Positions 20,093 through 30,736 of a stretch of 64,000 nucleotides of DNA are shown piece by piece (positions within the stretch are counted from its first letter, which is position 1; every line of letters begins with the position of its first letter). This stretch comes from Williopsis jadinii. Its lineage: Eukaryota. Below the pieces are notes generated by a model that saw only the letters and a list, made by a program, of their open reading frames with translations, was not told where the DNA came from and ran no database searches. The translations under genes and the position numbers were made by a program. Location: contig AP024664.1 of NCBI GenBank assembly GCA_024346625.1, positions 1,054,001 through 1,118,000 of the forward strand, given 5' to 3'.

Positions 20093-21055
20093 TTGATTCA
20101 AATTCAGCTGACTCTACAGAGGGAATGTGTGGGAGAGTTGGAGCGTGGGAGGGAGAAACACTAAAAATGACACTGCCATATTACATATAACGTTCCACCA
20201 AATCGCAAGCATGAGAAGGAGAAGTGTGTCATCGTAATGGACATCTCCTCTGCGCACATAGCAAGCACAAAAGGGATGCATCATCCACTATGTTGTGTGC
20301 ACAGTACATAAATTAGCAAACTAAACCATATGACTTCGTTTAACTTCCATCACTTGTATATGTGTAGTCGTCTATAGCACATATCCTACGACAACGTTAG
20401 TACGGTTTTGAACATGGTGCAGTGAGCTGGTCAATTAGGCCTCAACCTTGGAATCAGACCTGCTGGAGTTGTTGTCAATGTCCTACATCTGATGAGTGTG
20501 TGCGTGTGTCCCTCCCACGCGTATGCCATGTCAATCAGCTCGATATGACACATTCAACGCTACAACTCAGTTCTAGATCACCATCTTTTCTTTTTCTCCG
20601 TTTCTTTTCCGTCGTGTACCTGAATGGAGAGTGTTCCAGAGGGTTTGCAGTGCCATAGGAAACGACCCACACAACCATCGCTGGTATCAGAGAGGAATCA
20701 TTTCGCCAACTTCCCGTCCCGACGATCAAACAAACCAAAACGACACAGCAGCTATGTCGTTTTTTTTTCTTACTTTTTTGCGCAAAATCAGTTTTAAAGT
20801 TCTGGTTGCGTCAAATGAAAGGAAAAGCGGCCCAGGCTGAAAACGGCAGGGACGAAAGGTGCAAATTTGCGACACAAGAACAACCCATCCGAAACGGGCA
20901 AACAGCGAAGCGAAGCGAGACGGCAAGATGGGGGAAAAGGGCGGGTACAGGAAAATGGCGCAGTTGCCAACCAGTCGCCTGGGACTGCAGGGGGGGCAAA
21001 AATCGTTCGCAAATTATCCCAAAAGGGAAACAATTGCTAAAACCTACGCCAAAAA

Positions 21056-21161
21056 TTACGTAACTGGACTAAACACAGGGACTGACGTAATTGTGCTTTG
21101 CAAACATATAGGCTTGTCTGACCGTCCAACCCATCGGCTCCACCTATAAAAGGGGCCCCCT
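21056..21161 (+). promoter_or_regulatory. Promoter of the HAD gene: CRE-like sites, TATA box and STRE pair
   Basis: TTACGTAA (21056-21063), TGACGTAA (about 21083-21090), and TATAAAA (21145-21151) immediately followed by AGGGG/CCCCT. Confidence 0.5.
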
Positions 21162-21277
21162 GGTAGCACCAGGCTGCTTATCGGATCACTGTAGCTGTGT
21201 TAGCACAATACTCCAGATAGTTTTTAGTTGTTCAATTGTACCGCTGATTGACTATATTTCTGTGTATTTTGATAGAG

Positions 21278-22858
21278 ATGCCATCATCACCAGCAGTGAA
21301 CGCTACAAAAGCCAATGAGGATACGCCTGCGAAGACGTCTTCTCCATCAATTCCGAAGACAAACTCCATGTCGTACCTCAACAATGACGGCATCGACGAG
21401 CTGAAGCCGCTGACCAGAAAACAACGTGTGTCGTCGCTGTCGTTATCGGACCAGTGGTCTGGCTCCATGACCCGCTTGAACGGGTCTGCAAAGGGCTCCG
21501 GACTGGACTTGACACAATTGTCCTCAGGGATTGCACCGCTCACGTCGAGAAGATCGAATACGCAGCTCTCGAGGGGCGGTTCCATCCGCCATAAGAGAAC
21601 GGTGATCGATCACGAGCGTATCGCGTCCTATGCCTTTGCATTCGACATTGACGGTGTCATTGTCAGGGGACCGGAGACGATCCCGGAAGCCAAGGAGGCG
21701 CTCAAACTCCTCAACGGTGCAAACAAGTACCACATCAAGGTGCCCTACATCTTTGTGACGAATGGTGGTGGAAGATCAGAGTCTGCCCGTTGTAAGGAGC
21801 TCTCTGATCGCCTGGGAATCACTGTCACGGAGGATCAAGTGATCCAAGGCCACACGCCAATGAAGGACCTGGTTGACGTTTACGACACTGTTCTCGTTGT
21901 GGGTGGTGTTGGCGACGCGTGTCGTAAAGTGGCTGAGGGATACGGCTTCAAACAGGTTGTTACTCCGCTGGATATCATGAAGTGGAATCCTTCAGTGACA
22001 CCATACCACACATTAACAGAAGAAGAGCTCAAAGTAGCCAAGGATTACGACTTCTCCAAGATCAAGATCGACGCCATTCTCGTGTTTGCTGACTCTAGAA
22101 ACTGGGCAGCTGATCAACAGATCATCTTGGAGTTGTTACTGTCCAAGAACGGTGTCATGGGTACCGTTTCTGAAACCTATGACGAAGGTCCAGGAATCTA
22201 CTTTGCACACTCTGATTTCGTCTGGGCAACTGATTATGGACTGTCCAGATACGGTATGGGTGCATTGCAAGTTTCTATTGCTGCGCTCTATAGAGAACAT
22301 ACCGGCCAGGAGCTTCAGGTGACTAGATTCGGTAAACCTCAACGTGGTACTTTTAGATATGCAAACAAAGTGCTCACACACTGGAGAAAGGATGTATTAG
22401 AGGAGCACGTTGAGAAAACCAGTGTATCACCAAAACCTGTCTTCTCAGACTCAGAGAGTGACGATGAGACAAGCGATGACGAGCCATTGACTGTGCAGAA
22501 ACTCTCACAACTGACTCTGGACTTACCTCCAGCTTCCACAGTGTACTTTGTTGGTGATACCCCAGAATCAGATATCAGATTTGCCAACTCCCATGACACA
22601 TCCTGGTATTCGATTCTCGTCAAAACTGGTGTTTACCAAGATGGTACCGAGCCTCGTTATAAACCAAAGCACACGTGTGAAAACGTGTTGGAGGCTGTAA
22701 AGTTTGCCATTGAGAGAGAACACCAGAAAGAGTTGAGTGAATGGAATGACGGTGCTATCGATGTGCCAGTTGTTCTTGATGAGACTGAAGTGGTGACGAC
22801 TGGCACTAAAGATGTGCTATCGAATGAACAGCTGATTGCAAATGCTAAAACGGCCTAA
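21278..22858 (+). CDS. HAD-superfamily subfamily IIA hydrolase (CECR5/HDHD5-like)
   Basis: AFAFDIDGV (motif I), FVTNGGG, FGKP, and YFVGDTPESDI...ILVKTGVY; first ATG at 21278. Confidence 0.88.
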   Translation: MPSSPAVNATKANEDTPAKTSSPSIPKTNSMSYLNNDGIDELKPLTRKQRVSSLSLSDQWSGSMTRLNGSAKGSGLDLTQLSSGIAPLTSRRSNTQLSRGGSIRHKRTVIDHERIASYAFAFDIDGVIVRGPETIPEAKEALKLLNGANKYHIKVPYIFVTNGGGRSESARCKELSDRLGITVTEDQVIQGHTPMKDLVDVYDTVLVVGGVGDACRKVAEGYGFKQVVTPLDIMKWNPSVTPYHTLTEEELKVAKDYDFSKIKIDAILVFADSRNWAADQQIILELLLSKNGVMGTVSETYDEGPGIYFAHSDFVWATDYGLSRYGMGALQVSIAALYREHTGQELQVTRFGKPQRGTFRYANKVLTHWRKDVLEEHVEKTSVSPKPVFSDSESDDETSDDEPLTVQKLSQLTLDLPPASTVYFVGDTPESDIRFANSHDTSWYSILVKTGVYQDGTEPRYKPKHTCENVLEAVKFAIEREHQKELSEWNDGAIDVPVVLDETEVVTTGTKDVLSNEQLIANAKTA

Positions 22859-23011
22859 GCGAATGTACATAAGAGTTATATTACGCACGTCACGATCTAT
22901 CTCATCCACTACGTTCTTTTATTAGAAACACTTCTTTGATTTACACAGCACAACCCTTTTAAAGTATAGACTTGATGTTTTATTCCACTATACGCTCTAT
23001 GTAGGACACCA

Positions 23012-25366
23012 TCATAGTTTGCCCATCTCATCAATGGAGTAGTCCAAGATGAAACTCTGCTCGATAAGATCGTCAACCCTGGTGTAATGTCTTTCGTTAT
23101 ATGGAACGATGGCATCAATGAATTGCATTAGTCCAGGAATCTCTACGAGCTTGTCGACATCGAAGCTCTGGAGAATTGCTCTTATCAACTTTTGAGCCAC
23201 CGAGAAGTATCTAGCATTGACGTTCCATGTTCTGATTCTCTTGAACAATAACAAGATCTGATCGTTGTTAAGGGTCTTGATGACACTGTCCAATTCTTCA
23301 CCAAGGATGAATTCATCAGACGAGTTTTGTGCAATGGAGTTCTTAATCACGGTGTATAGTCTCATCGGTTGATCTAAGGTCAACGCCAGCAGGAATGCGT
23401 TACCCCATTCACCTTGGTTCATGTAGTTTTGTAAGCTTTGCTCTTGTTCAACTTTCAATTTAGCTGCCTCTTCTTCTTCTTTATTGACCTCTTCCGTGTT
23501 ATCAACCCAGAATTGGAACACACCATCAGCATCAGCAGTGACGAACTCATCACCGTTGTTTTTAGTGACAAGGGCCCAGATTCTGTTTGCATGTTGGTCA
23601 AACGTCTTGAGACATTCAGCACTACTTGAGTCCCAAATCTTGATCAAACCATCGGCACCTGTCGAGATTAGTTGCTTCTCCTGATTGAGATAGGCAACTC
23701 TTTGCACAGCATTGGTATGGCCTTCGAATGTTTTCATACATGTGAAGTCCTGTAAGTTCCAGAGTTTGATTGTTTTATCACCAGAAGCAGTAGCCAATGT
23801 TTTGTCGTATACTGAAAACGTGATGTCCCACAAACCTCTCTTATGGCCCTTCAGCACGCCGATGGTTTCACCAGTATCCAAATCCCAAACCTTTCCAGTC
23901 TTATCATACGATGCTGTAGCGAAAAACTCATCGTTTGGACTGATGTCCAATGCGTTGATATCCTTATCATGAGCACGTCTGGTATATTCTGAAGTTTTGA
24001 TAACAATTGGGAGCTGTTCACCACTTTTAACCTTTGGTATATTCCACTTCTTAACAGTGAGATCAGCAGATGCAGTGAGAACAAATCTTGGTTGAGTACC
24101 GTTCTCATGAGTTCTTGGAAGAGCAATTGCAGATACGGAAACGGAATGACCTCTCAATATGGCAAAGATTTCGAATTCGCCTTCATCTTCGTTGAAACGC
24201 CAAAGACGTGCATCGTTATCCTTACCAGCCGTGGCAATCCATCTACCATCCTTTGTAGAGTCCAGAGAGTTCAACATATCAGTATGCCCTTCCAGTATTT
24301 TCACCTCCAATGGAGTGTTGATAGGATCAAAGATTCTCAACCCTGGAGAGTTGGTTGCAAGGGCCAGGTATTGGCCATGAGGACCAACATAACGCATATC
24401 TGCAATGGTGCCGTGGTTACCTGCAATGATACGTGATACTTCGATTTCTGTATCTTCCTCAATGAGTGTTGTGTTGATTTCGAAAAAGGTTTCATCAGAT
24501 AAGACCAGGAGTAATCTATCATCGTCTGTTGAAAGGACGCCAACAATGACAAGCTCTTCGATCGGCTGTTTCGTTTGGGCGTAAATCTTACCAGTGGAGA
24601 GTCTCCACACTTTGAATACTGCATCTCCACCAGCAGTGTATATGAGGTCATGATCGAGGAAGTCTACTGCAAGGATCTGCTGTTGAGTGGAGATGGTCTT
24701 CTTCAACTTCCAATACTTGGTATCCCAAACCATGAGGACGTCGTCCCTTCCTCCGGTGACGAGAAATTGATCCTCGGACCCACCAAATGCGAAGGATCTA
24801 ACAGCATTGGTGTGTTCTGTCAGTGTGGCGATGGCCTTCCGCTTTGCCAAATCCCAAACCTTCACCATACCAGTGGTATCACCGGAGACCAGTTTCCACT
24901 TATTCGAGTTGAGTTCGCCGTGGAACTTTAGACCTGAGATAACGGAACCATGGCCTTTCAGAGAGTGCGTAACGAAGCCATTATCAATGTCAAACACTAT
25001 CACGGCACCATCTGAACCTCCAAATGCAAAAAGCGTACTCGTCGGATCAGCAGCACATACGTAAGAAGGCGAAGGAAGCTTATGTGTCTTGGTGAACTTT
25101 GAGTCCGCTAGGTTGAATATACGCAGCTGTTGACTCTGTGAGACTATGGCAAGATACTTGCCATCCGGTGTCAGCTGTAGACACGTGACAACTTCTCCAT
25201 CACCCTCCAGCTTGTGTAGTGTCTCACTTGTTTCAAGGTTGGTGATGACAACGTCTTCTCTAACTGGTGTTGCGAGGATTGAGCCATCTTCAGAGAGCGT
25301 CGCGGTCGCATCACTGAAATAGAACGGTGCAAGCTCAGTGTTGGTGTACGTAGTCTTCAAGCTCAT
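23012..25366 (-). CDS. UTP13: U3 snoRNP / UTP-B WD40 protein Utp13
   Basis: MSLKTTY start, many WD repeats (AHDKDINALDISPND, GHKRGLWD), and Utp13 C-terminus EQEQSLQNY...YNERHYTRVDDLIEQSFILDY. Confidence 0.95.
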   Translation of the reverse strand: MSLKTTYTNTELAPFYFSDATATLSEDGSILATPVREDVVITNLETSETLHKLEGDGEVVTCLQLTPDGKYLAIVSQSQQLRIFNLADSKFTKTHKLPSPSYVCAADPTSTLFAFGGSDGAVIVFDIDNGFVTHSLKGHGSVISGLKFHGELNSNKWKLVSGDTTGMVKVWDLAKRKAIATLTEHTNAVRSFAFGGSEDQFLVTGGRDDVLMVWDTKYWKLKKTISTQQQILAVDFLDHDLIYTAGGDAVFKVWRLSTGKIYAQTKQPIEELVIVGVLSTDDDRLLLVLSDETFFEINTTLIEEDTEIEVSRIIAGNHGTIADMRYVGPHGQYLALATNSPGLRIFDPINTPLEVKILEGHTDMLNSLDSTKDGRWIATAGKDNDARLWRFNEDEGEFEIFAILRGHSVSVSAIALPRTHENGTQPRFVLTASADLTVKKWNIPKVKSGEQLPIVIKTSEYTRRAHDKDINALDISPNDEFFATASYDKTGKVWDLDTGETIGVLKGHKRGLWDITFSVYDKTLATASGDKTIKLWNLQDFTCMKTFEGHTNAVQRVAYLNQEKQLISTGADGLIKIWDSSSAECLKTFDQHANRIWALVTKNNGDEFVTADADGVFQFWVDNTEEVNKEEEEAAKLKVEQEQSLQNYMNQGEWGNAFLLALTLDQPMRLYTVIKNSIAQNSSDEFILGEELDSVIKTLNNDQILLLFKRIRTWNVNARYFSVAQKLIRAILQSFDVDKLVEIPGLMQFIDAIVPYNERHYTRVDDLIEQSFILDYSIDEMGKL

Positions 25367-25453
25367 CGTCTAACTATGGAAGAACAGCCAAAGAAGGAGA
25401 AGGAGAGAGAGAAATGTTGTTCATCTATGGGCTTTTCGAGAGCAGAGGGCCAT

Positions 25454-25491
25454 GGAAAAATTTAAACATCGGTACGCGCCACAGCGATGAG
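25454..25491 (-). promoter_or_regulatory. RRPE and PAC elements of the UTP13 promoter
   Basis: GAAAAATTT (25455-25463) and GCGATGAG (25484-25491). Confidence 0.65.
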
Positions 25492-25737
25492 ATACCTAAT
25501 TCGGAAATTGCCTTATTGGGTAATTAAGCGACTTTTTAAATACAACAGGCCCCTTATGGCATGGAATTGGTGATATTCATGTCAATTGGATGTGTATGTA
25601 CAGTGCTATGATAGCAAGAGAGGCGTTGTGGCTTGTGGTTCCTGTTATCGTCGATGCACTTGTCCACTGTGAGATTAACATGTAGGGCATTCCCTTCTTT
25701 ACGCTATATACAGACGAGGCATTCGGGAGACTGAACA

Positions 25738-26168
25738 TCAGAACTTCTCGTCACTGTCGACAGTTGACGTTCTCACGTTGTTCTTGTTCAGTTCCCAACA
25801 CTTTTTGAACTCTTCCATCTTGGCTCGATGCGTTAGTGGGTGCCCAGTACTGTGGGTTTAAACGGTTCCGTATACATACCTCTTTTGTGCATTTCCTCCA
25901 GTCGCCAGTGTCCGCGTGGCACAGCGTAAGCTTCAGATTCTCAGCTATTATTACGACGTTAGTGGTCCCGGCACGGTATATTTGAAGCATCAGTCAGCAC
26001 TCACCAGCGCACCCGGTATTGTTGATTCTCTTGTCCCTGTAGGAACGTTAGCGCGTGTTCTTCAAGAACGAGGACCACAGGTACTCACCACTCATCGGGT
26101 TCATCGTCATCAACCTCCTCCTCCTCAACGGTGTCGGGCGTTTGCTCTCTTGTAGACTCGTTGACCAT
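25738..26168 (-). CDS. COA4: Twin CX9C cytochrome c oxidase assembly factor Coa4, 4 exons: 26168-26089, 26036-26005, 25944-25880, 25818-25738 (85 aa)
   Basis: Spliced product MVNESTREQTPDTVEEEEVDDDEPDEWDKRINNTGCAAENLKLTLCHADTGDWRKCTKEMEEFKKCWELNKNNVRTSTVDSDEKF has two exact CX9C motifs. Introns are GTGAGT..CGCTAAC..CAG, GTGAGT..CACTAAC..TAG and GTATGT..CACTAAC..AAG. Confidence 0.92.
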
Positions 26169-26859
26169 CGCTACCGGCTGCAAGGATACCTCTGTCTGTG
26201 TGTATATCGCCCTCGGATATGTCCTTCGTGTCTGCCTACGACGTTGGTGTGTATGGCATGGCACCGGTATACGAGTTCAAATCCCACACGCTACACCAAA
26301 AAGACCACATAACTGCCGCAACAGGAAATACACCACAACAGGCAACATTCGCGACACCCGCACCGCACCGCGCAACAAATCCTCGAAGGACACCGCGTTC
26401 GTTCGCTCGTCCGTCCAAGGGGAGCAAAACAGACGAATTTCCACCTCAGCGTTTCTCCTTCGAAGCAGATCGGCAACAACCAAAAACAACACCAACTACA
26501 CACACCAAAAAGGACAAAGTGCTACTTTAGCGTATCCATCGGTGAACATTCAGGCTTCTGTTATCACACTCGGCTATTCATTGAAACAGGTCTTGTGTAA
26601 TTGTTGGTAATTGAACCGTATCTTCTTCTCCGTGCTGATCAGTTTGTCTGGCGATTTTCTCCCCCTTCGTCTCTGTGTTTCAATCTCGAAGAGATCGTGA
26701 ACCGCTGTCATCAACAGACAACGGCGAGAGTAAACAAACAAAACAGCGCCACGAGCAGGGCAACGAACACGGCGCTTCGATCCATTTCTCCCGCTACACA
26801 CACATCCACACGTTTGCCTTCGACTGTCACCACAAGGGCTTGATACAGGAAGACTCAAG

Positions 26860-29800
26860 ATGGTGAAGTTGAACGAGATCAACACCACTGCGACCTTTGC
26901 CTGGTCTAACGCTGCCATCCCGGTGTTGGCGACTGGTTCGGCGGCTGGTGTCATTGACGATGATTTTTCGTCCACGTCGTCGTTGCAGTTCTACTCACTG
27001 TATGATAAGACGCCGATTTTGTCTGTGGATGCCGATGCCAAGTTCTACGACTTGGATTGGTCAAAGAACAACACGTTGCTGGCAGGTGCGCTTGAAAACG
27101 GCACAATCCAGTTCTGGAACACTGACAAGTTGAAGTCGGGCTCTGCAAAGGCCGTGGGTAAAGGTATCAAGCACACGGGCTCGGTCAAGACTTTGCAATT
27201 CAACCCACTGCAGCACAATGTGCTGGTATCCGGTGGTTCCAACGGCGAGATCTTCCTCTGGGATACAAACAAGTTGGAGCACCTGTCGCCATTTGGCCCT
27301 GGTAACCCGATGACTCCAATGGACACCATCACCTCCGTTGCATGGAATCATGCGGTAAGCCATATTTTTGGTGCTGCCGGCAGTGCAGGTTACACTTCCA
27401 TTTGGGACTTGAAGTCCAAGAAGGAAGTGTTGCATTTGACGTATACTTCCCCAACAGGTACTAGGGCTTCTCTATCCACTGTTCAATGGCACCCATCTCA
27501 AAGTACGAAGCTGATTACTGCTTCAGAATCAGATGGGGCACCAGTGATTTTAACATGGGACTTGAGAAACTCGAACGCTCCTGAGACCATTCTTACAGGT
27601 CATTCAAAGGGTGTGCTTTCCTTAGATTGGAATGCCCAAGACCCAAGCTTCCTGTTATCGTGTGGTAAGGATAACACCACCATGCTTTGGAACCCACTGA
27701 CCGGTGATAAGTTAGCTGAGTACCCGACAACTGCAAACTGGGCATTTAAGACAAGATTTGCACCAGCTGCACCAGATGTGTTTGCCACATCTAGTTTCGA
27801 TAAGAAGGTTATTATCCAGACCCTTCAGGACACTTCACCACCGGTTAGTACAAGAATCTCCACAGTTAAGGATAGCGATTTCTGGAATGAGATCTCCACG
27901 ACCGATACTCAACAGCCAAAATACTTCGTAAAGCAGGCACCAGGTTGGTATGGAAGTCACTCATCTGTTTCCTTTGGATTCGGTGCAAAGCTCGTCACCG
28001 TCTCGAAGACAGGAGATAAGACATCTGAAATTAAGATCTCTAAAGTTAAATTACCTGGGTCTACGAAGAACGAGAACCTTGAACAGGCATTAGAAACTGG
28101 GGACTTCAAGCCAATCATTGAGTCTCGTTTAGCAAGCTCTTTTGACGATATCAACAAAGCTGACTGGGAGTTGCTTGAGAAATTAGCTGGAGGTGATATC
28201 TACGAGAAGTTCATCGCATTGGAGATTTCTGATGGAGATGAAGTCGAGAAGGATACTGCATCCTCTGGCGAAGATTTCTATGATAACGTAAAGGCCCCAA
28301 AGAAATTCGCTCCATCTGGAGAGTTGAAGTTCTCTGGAATAGACTCAGCCTTGACTAATGCATTACTCACAAAGAACTTTGAAAAGGCTGTTGATTTATT
28401 GTTGAAGGAGGGAAACCTTACGGAGGCATTGGTTATTGCTCTGAGTGGTCCGGAATCTCTGAAGAAAAAAGTGTCAGATTATTACTTCTCTGAGAATGGA
28501 GACAAGAGTCCACTCTCGCGTTTGCTGTACAATGTATCGTCTGCGGATGTGACCGACCTTGTTGAGAATGGTGACCTCTCCAACTGGAGAGAGATTGGTA
28601 CTGCAATCAAGACATACTCAGCGAATGATGCAGTGTACAAAACACAGTTTACTAGATTGGGTGACAGAATGTTGCAAAACAAGGACCGTAACGATGCGAT
28701 TTTGAACTATGTTAATGCTTCTGCTTTGAACAAGGTTGCTGATGTTTGGAATTTGGAACTGAAGGAATTGGAAAAGAAGATATTAACCCAGAAGAACACA
28801 TCTTCTTATGATGCTCACTTCGAGTCCCTTACCGAATTTATCGAAAAGTTCAGTGCATATAGAGCAACATTAAACTTGGATGCACCAGTGTCTGAAGGCT
28901 CATCGTCTCTGTCAACTCTTTTGGAGTATATCGATATCATTTCCACTAGTGGCCAGTTCGAATTGGCCTCAAAGATTCTGTCATTGGTGTCGTCAGATCT
29001 ACCAGCTGTGAAGTTGGAGCAGGCTCGTATCCAAAAGGCTACTTCTACGCCAGCAAAGACAGCTGCTAGACAAACCACCGCTACGAGAGCAGGTAACCGT
29101 TATGGATCTATTGCTCAGGGATACTCTCTTTCCCAGGCCACTGGTATGAATAATACCATTAGTGGTTCATCTGGTATCCCTCCAAATGTTGCTACTCCTT
29201 CGGTTGGTCAAACTTCTCAACAAAGGGGACGTTCTGTTGTTAATCCATATGCCACATCTGGTGCACCAGCTGCGTCAGTTGCAGCTGTTCCTCCACCTGC
29301 CCCAATTGCTTCAGCAACTCCTTCCTATGGCTTACAGCCTCCTGCACCAGGTCTAGCATCTGCTGGTCACTCTCCATACTCGACAGTAGTGAACCCGGCT
29401 CTGCCAGTGAATGCAGGTGTACCATCATATGGTGCTCCAACTAATCCGTACATGCCATCTGCAACTACACCTGTTCCAACACCTACACAAGCACCTCCAC
29501 TGCCAAAGAACGCCAGAAAAGTCGAGACTGATGGCTGGAATGACTTGCCAGTCCATTTCCACAAACAACACCCAGTTCGCCGTCCTGCTCCAGTCGCTGC
29601 TGCTTCTGCTGCTGTGCCTTCCGGCTCAAGCTCTAATGGTACAAACTCACCAATGAGCCGTACGACATCTTACACCAATGCCCAGGCTCTTCCGCCACCA
29701 CCAAGATCTATGTCGAGACCTAAACCACCTGTTGAGCCAACACCAGTTCACTCAAATCATTCACACACCAGTCGTTATGCGCCAGCTTCTCCAAAGCCAA

Positions 29801-30573
29801 ACGTCCCTTCTTTGTCTAGTCCGTCTCATTCGGCCGCTGTTTTATCAGGTCCACCAAAGAATCCATACGCTCCTTCTGCTGCCCCTGTTGCTCCAGTGTC
29901 GAACCCATATGCACCAACCAATGGTGGTATAAACCCACCTAATCCATATGGTGCTCCTCAGGTTGGCGGTGTCTTCAACAATGCTGCTTCTGCAAGTCAT
30001 CCTCCACACCACAACCAGTATGGTGCTCCTCCAACAGCCAATGCGTATGCACCACCATCAACCTACGGAACTCCAGCTGTGGCAACTAGTCATAATGCCT
30101 ACGGTGTGCCTCCAACTGCTGGTCCACCACCTAGGTCATTTGGTGCTCCTCCAAAGTCCGGCCCTTCAGCGGCCAAAGAACCAGTTGCTGAACCAGCACC
30201 AGAACCTGTCAAGGAGAGATATCCTGTCGGTGATCGTTCACACATTCCTCCGGAGCAGAAGAGAATCTATGAAACCTTGGAACGTGTTCTGCAAGACGTC
30301 AACGCAGCTGGGCTTCCAGATAGATTCAGTAAGCAGGTTGCAGACACAGAGAAACGTTTGAACATCTTGTTTGATCATTTGAACAACCAAGAACTTCTCA
30401 CACCACCAACAATTGAACTTTTGGGTCAATTGTGTGATAGACTTAATGAAAAGGATGCGAAGAGTGCCGCTGATCTACACCTACAAATTGTGACCCACCA
30501 CCCAGATGAAGGTGGTCATTGGGCCGTTGGTGTCAAGAAACTTATCTCTTTTGCAGATGCTGCTTGGAACTAA
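26860..30573 (+). CDS. SEC31: COPII outer coat subunit Sec31
   Basis: MVKLNEINTTATFAWS, WD40 N-terminus, Pro-rich region containing DGWNDLP, and C-terminal GDRSHIP...KRLNILFDHLNN. Confidence 0.96.
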   Translation: MVKLNEINTTATFAWSNAAIPVLATGSAAGVIDDDFSSTSSLQFYSLYDKTPILSVDADAKFYDLDWSKNNTLLAGALENGTIQFWNTDKLKSGSAKAVGKGIKHTGSVKTLQFNPLQHNVLVSGGSNGEIFLWDTNKLEHLSPFGPGNPMTPMDTITSVAWNHAVSHIFGAAGSAGYTSIWDLKSKKEVLHLTYTSPTGTRASLSTVQWHPSQSTKLITASESDGAPVILTWDLRNSNAPETILTGHSKGVLSLDWNAQDPSFLLSCGKDNTTMLWNPLTGDKLAEYPTTANWAFKTRFAPAAPDVFATSSFDKKVIIQTLQDTSPPVSTRISTVKDSDFWNEISTTDTQQPKYFVKQAPGWYGSHSSVSFGFGAKLVTVSKTGDKTSEIKISKVKLPGSTKNENLEQALETGDFKPIIESRLASSFDDINKADWELLEKLAGGDIYEKFIALEISDGDEVEKDTASSGEDFYDNVKAPKKFAPSGELKFSGIDSALTNALLTKNFEKAVDLLLKEGNLTEALVIALSGPESLKKKVSDYYFSENGDKSPLSRLLYNVSSADVTDLVENGDLSNWREIGTAIKTYSANDAVYKTQFTRLGDRMLQNKDRNDAILNYVNASALNKVADVWNLELKELEKKILTQKNTSSYDAHFESLTEFIEKFSAYRATLNLDAPVSEGSSSLSTLLEYIDIISTSGQFELASKILSLVSSDLPAVKLEQARIQKATSTPAKTAARQTTATRAGNRYGSIAQGYSLSQATGMNNTISGSSGIPPNVATPSVGQTSQQRGRSVVNPYATSGAPAASVAAVPPPAPIASATPSYGLQPPAPGLASAGHSPYSTVVNPALPVNAGVPSYGAPTNPYMPSATTPVPTPTQAPPLPKNARKVETDGWNDLPVHFHKQHPVRRPAPVAAASAAVPSGSSSNGTNSPMSRTTSYTNAQALPPPPRSMSRPKPPVEPTPVHSNHSHTSRYAPASPKPNVPSLSSPSHSAAVLSGPPKNPYAPSAAPVAPVSNPYAPTNGGINPPNPYGAPQVGGVFNNAASASHPPHHNQYGAPPTANAYAPPSTYGTPAVATSHNAYGVPPTAGPPPRSFGAPPKSGPSAAKEPVAEPAPEPVKERYPVGDRSHIPPEQKRIYETLERVLQDVNAAGLPDRFSKQVADTEKRLNILFDHLNNQELLTPPTIELLGQLCDRLNEKDAKSAADLHLQIVTHHPDEGGHWAVGVKKLISFADAAWN

Positions 30574-30736
30574 GAACGAGGCGACAGAGAAAGAGAAGAA
30601 AAAAAAGTTTGTTTTCTTAGTTGTGAGTTGAACCATCAGTTTTACATTTATCAATAAATTTGTTGTGTTTTCTAAATCGATGATGTTTACCTAAGTGATG
30701 GAATCAATATATTATTATACAGTATGTCACTTTTTG

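Noticed and set aside
26131..26610. Plus-strand ORFs of 110-159 aa between COA4 and SEC31
   Set aside because: They have non-ATG starts and no recognisable motifs, and they overlap COA4 exon 1 or the divergent promoter.
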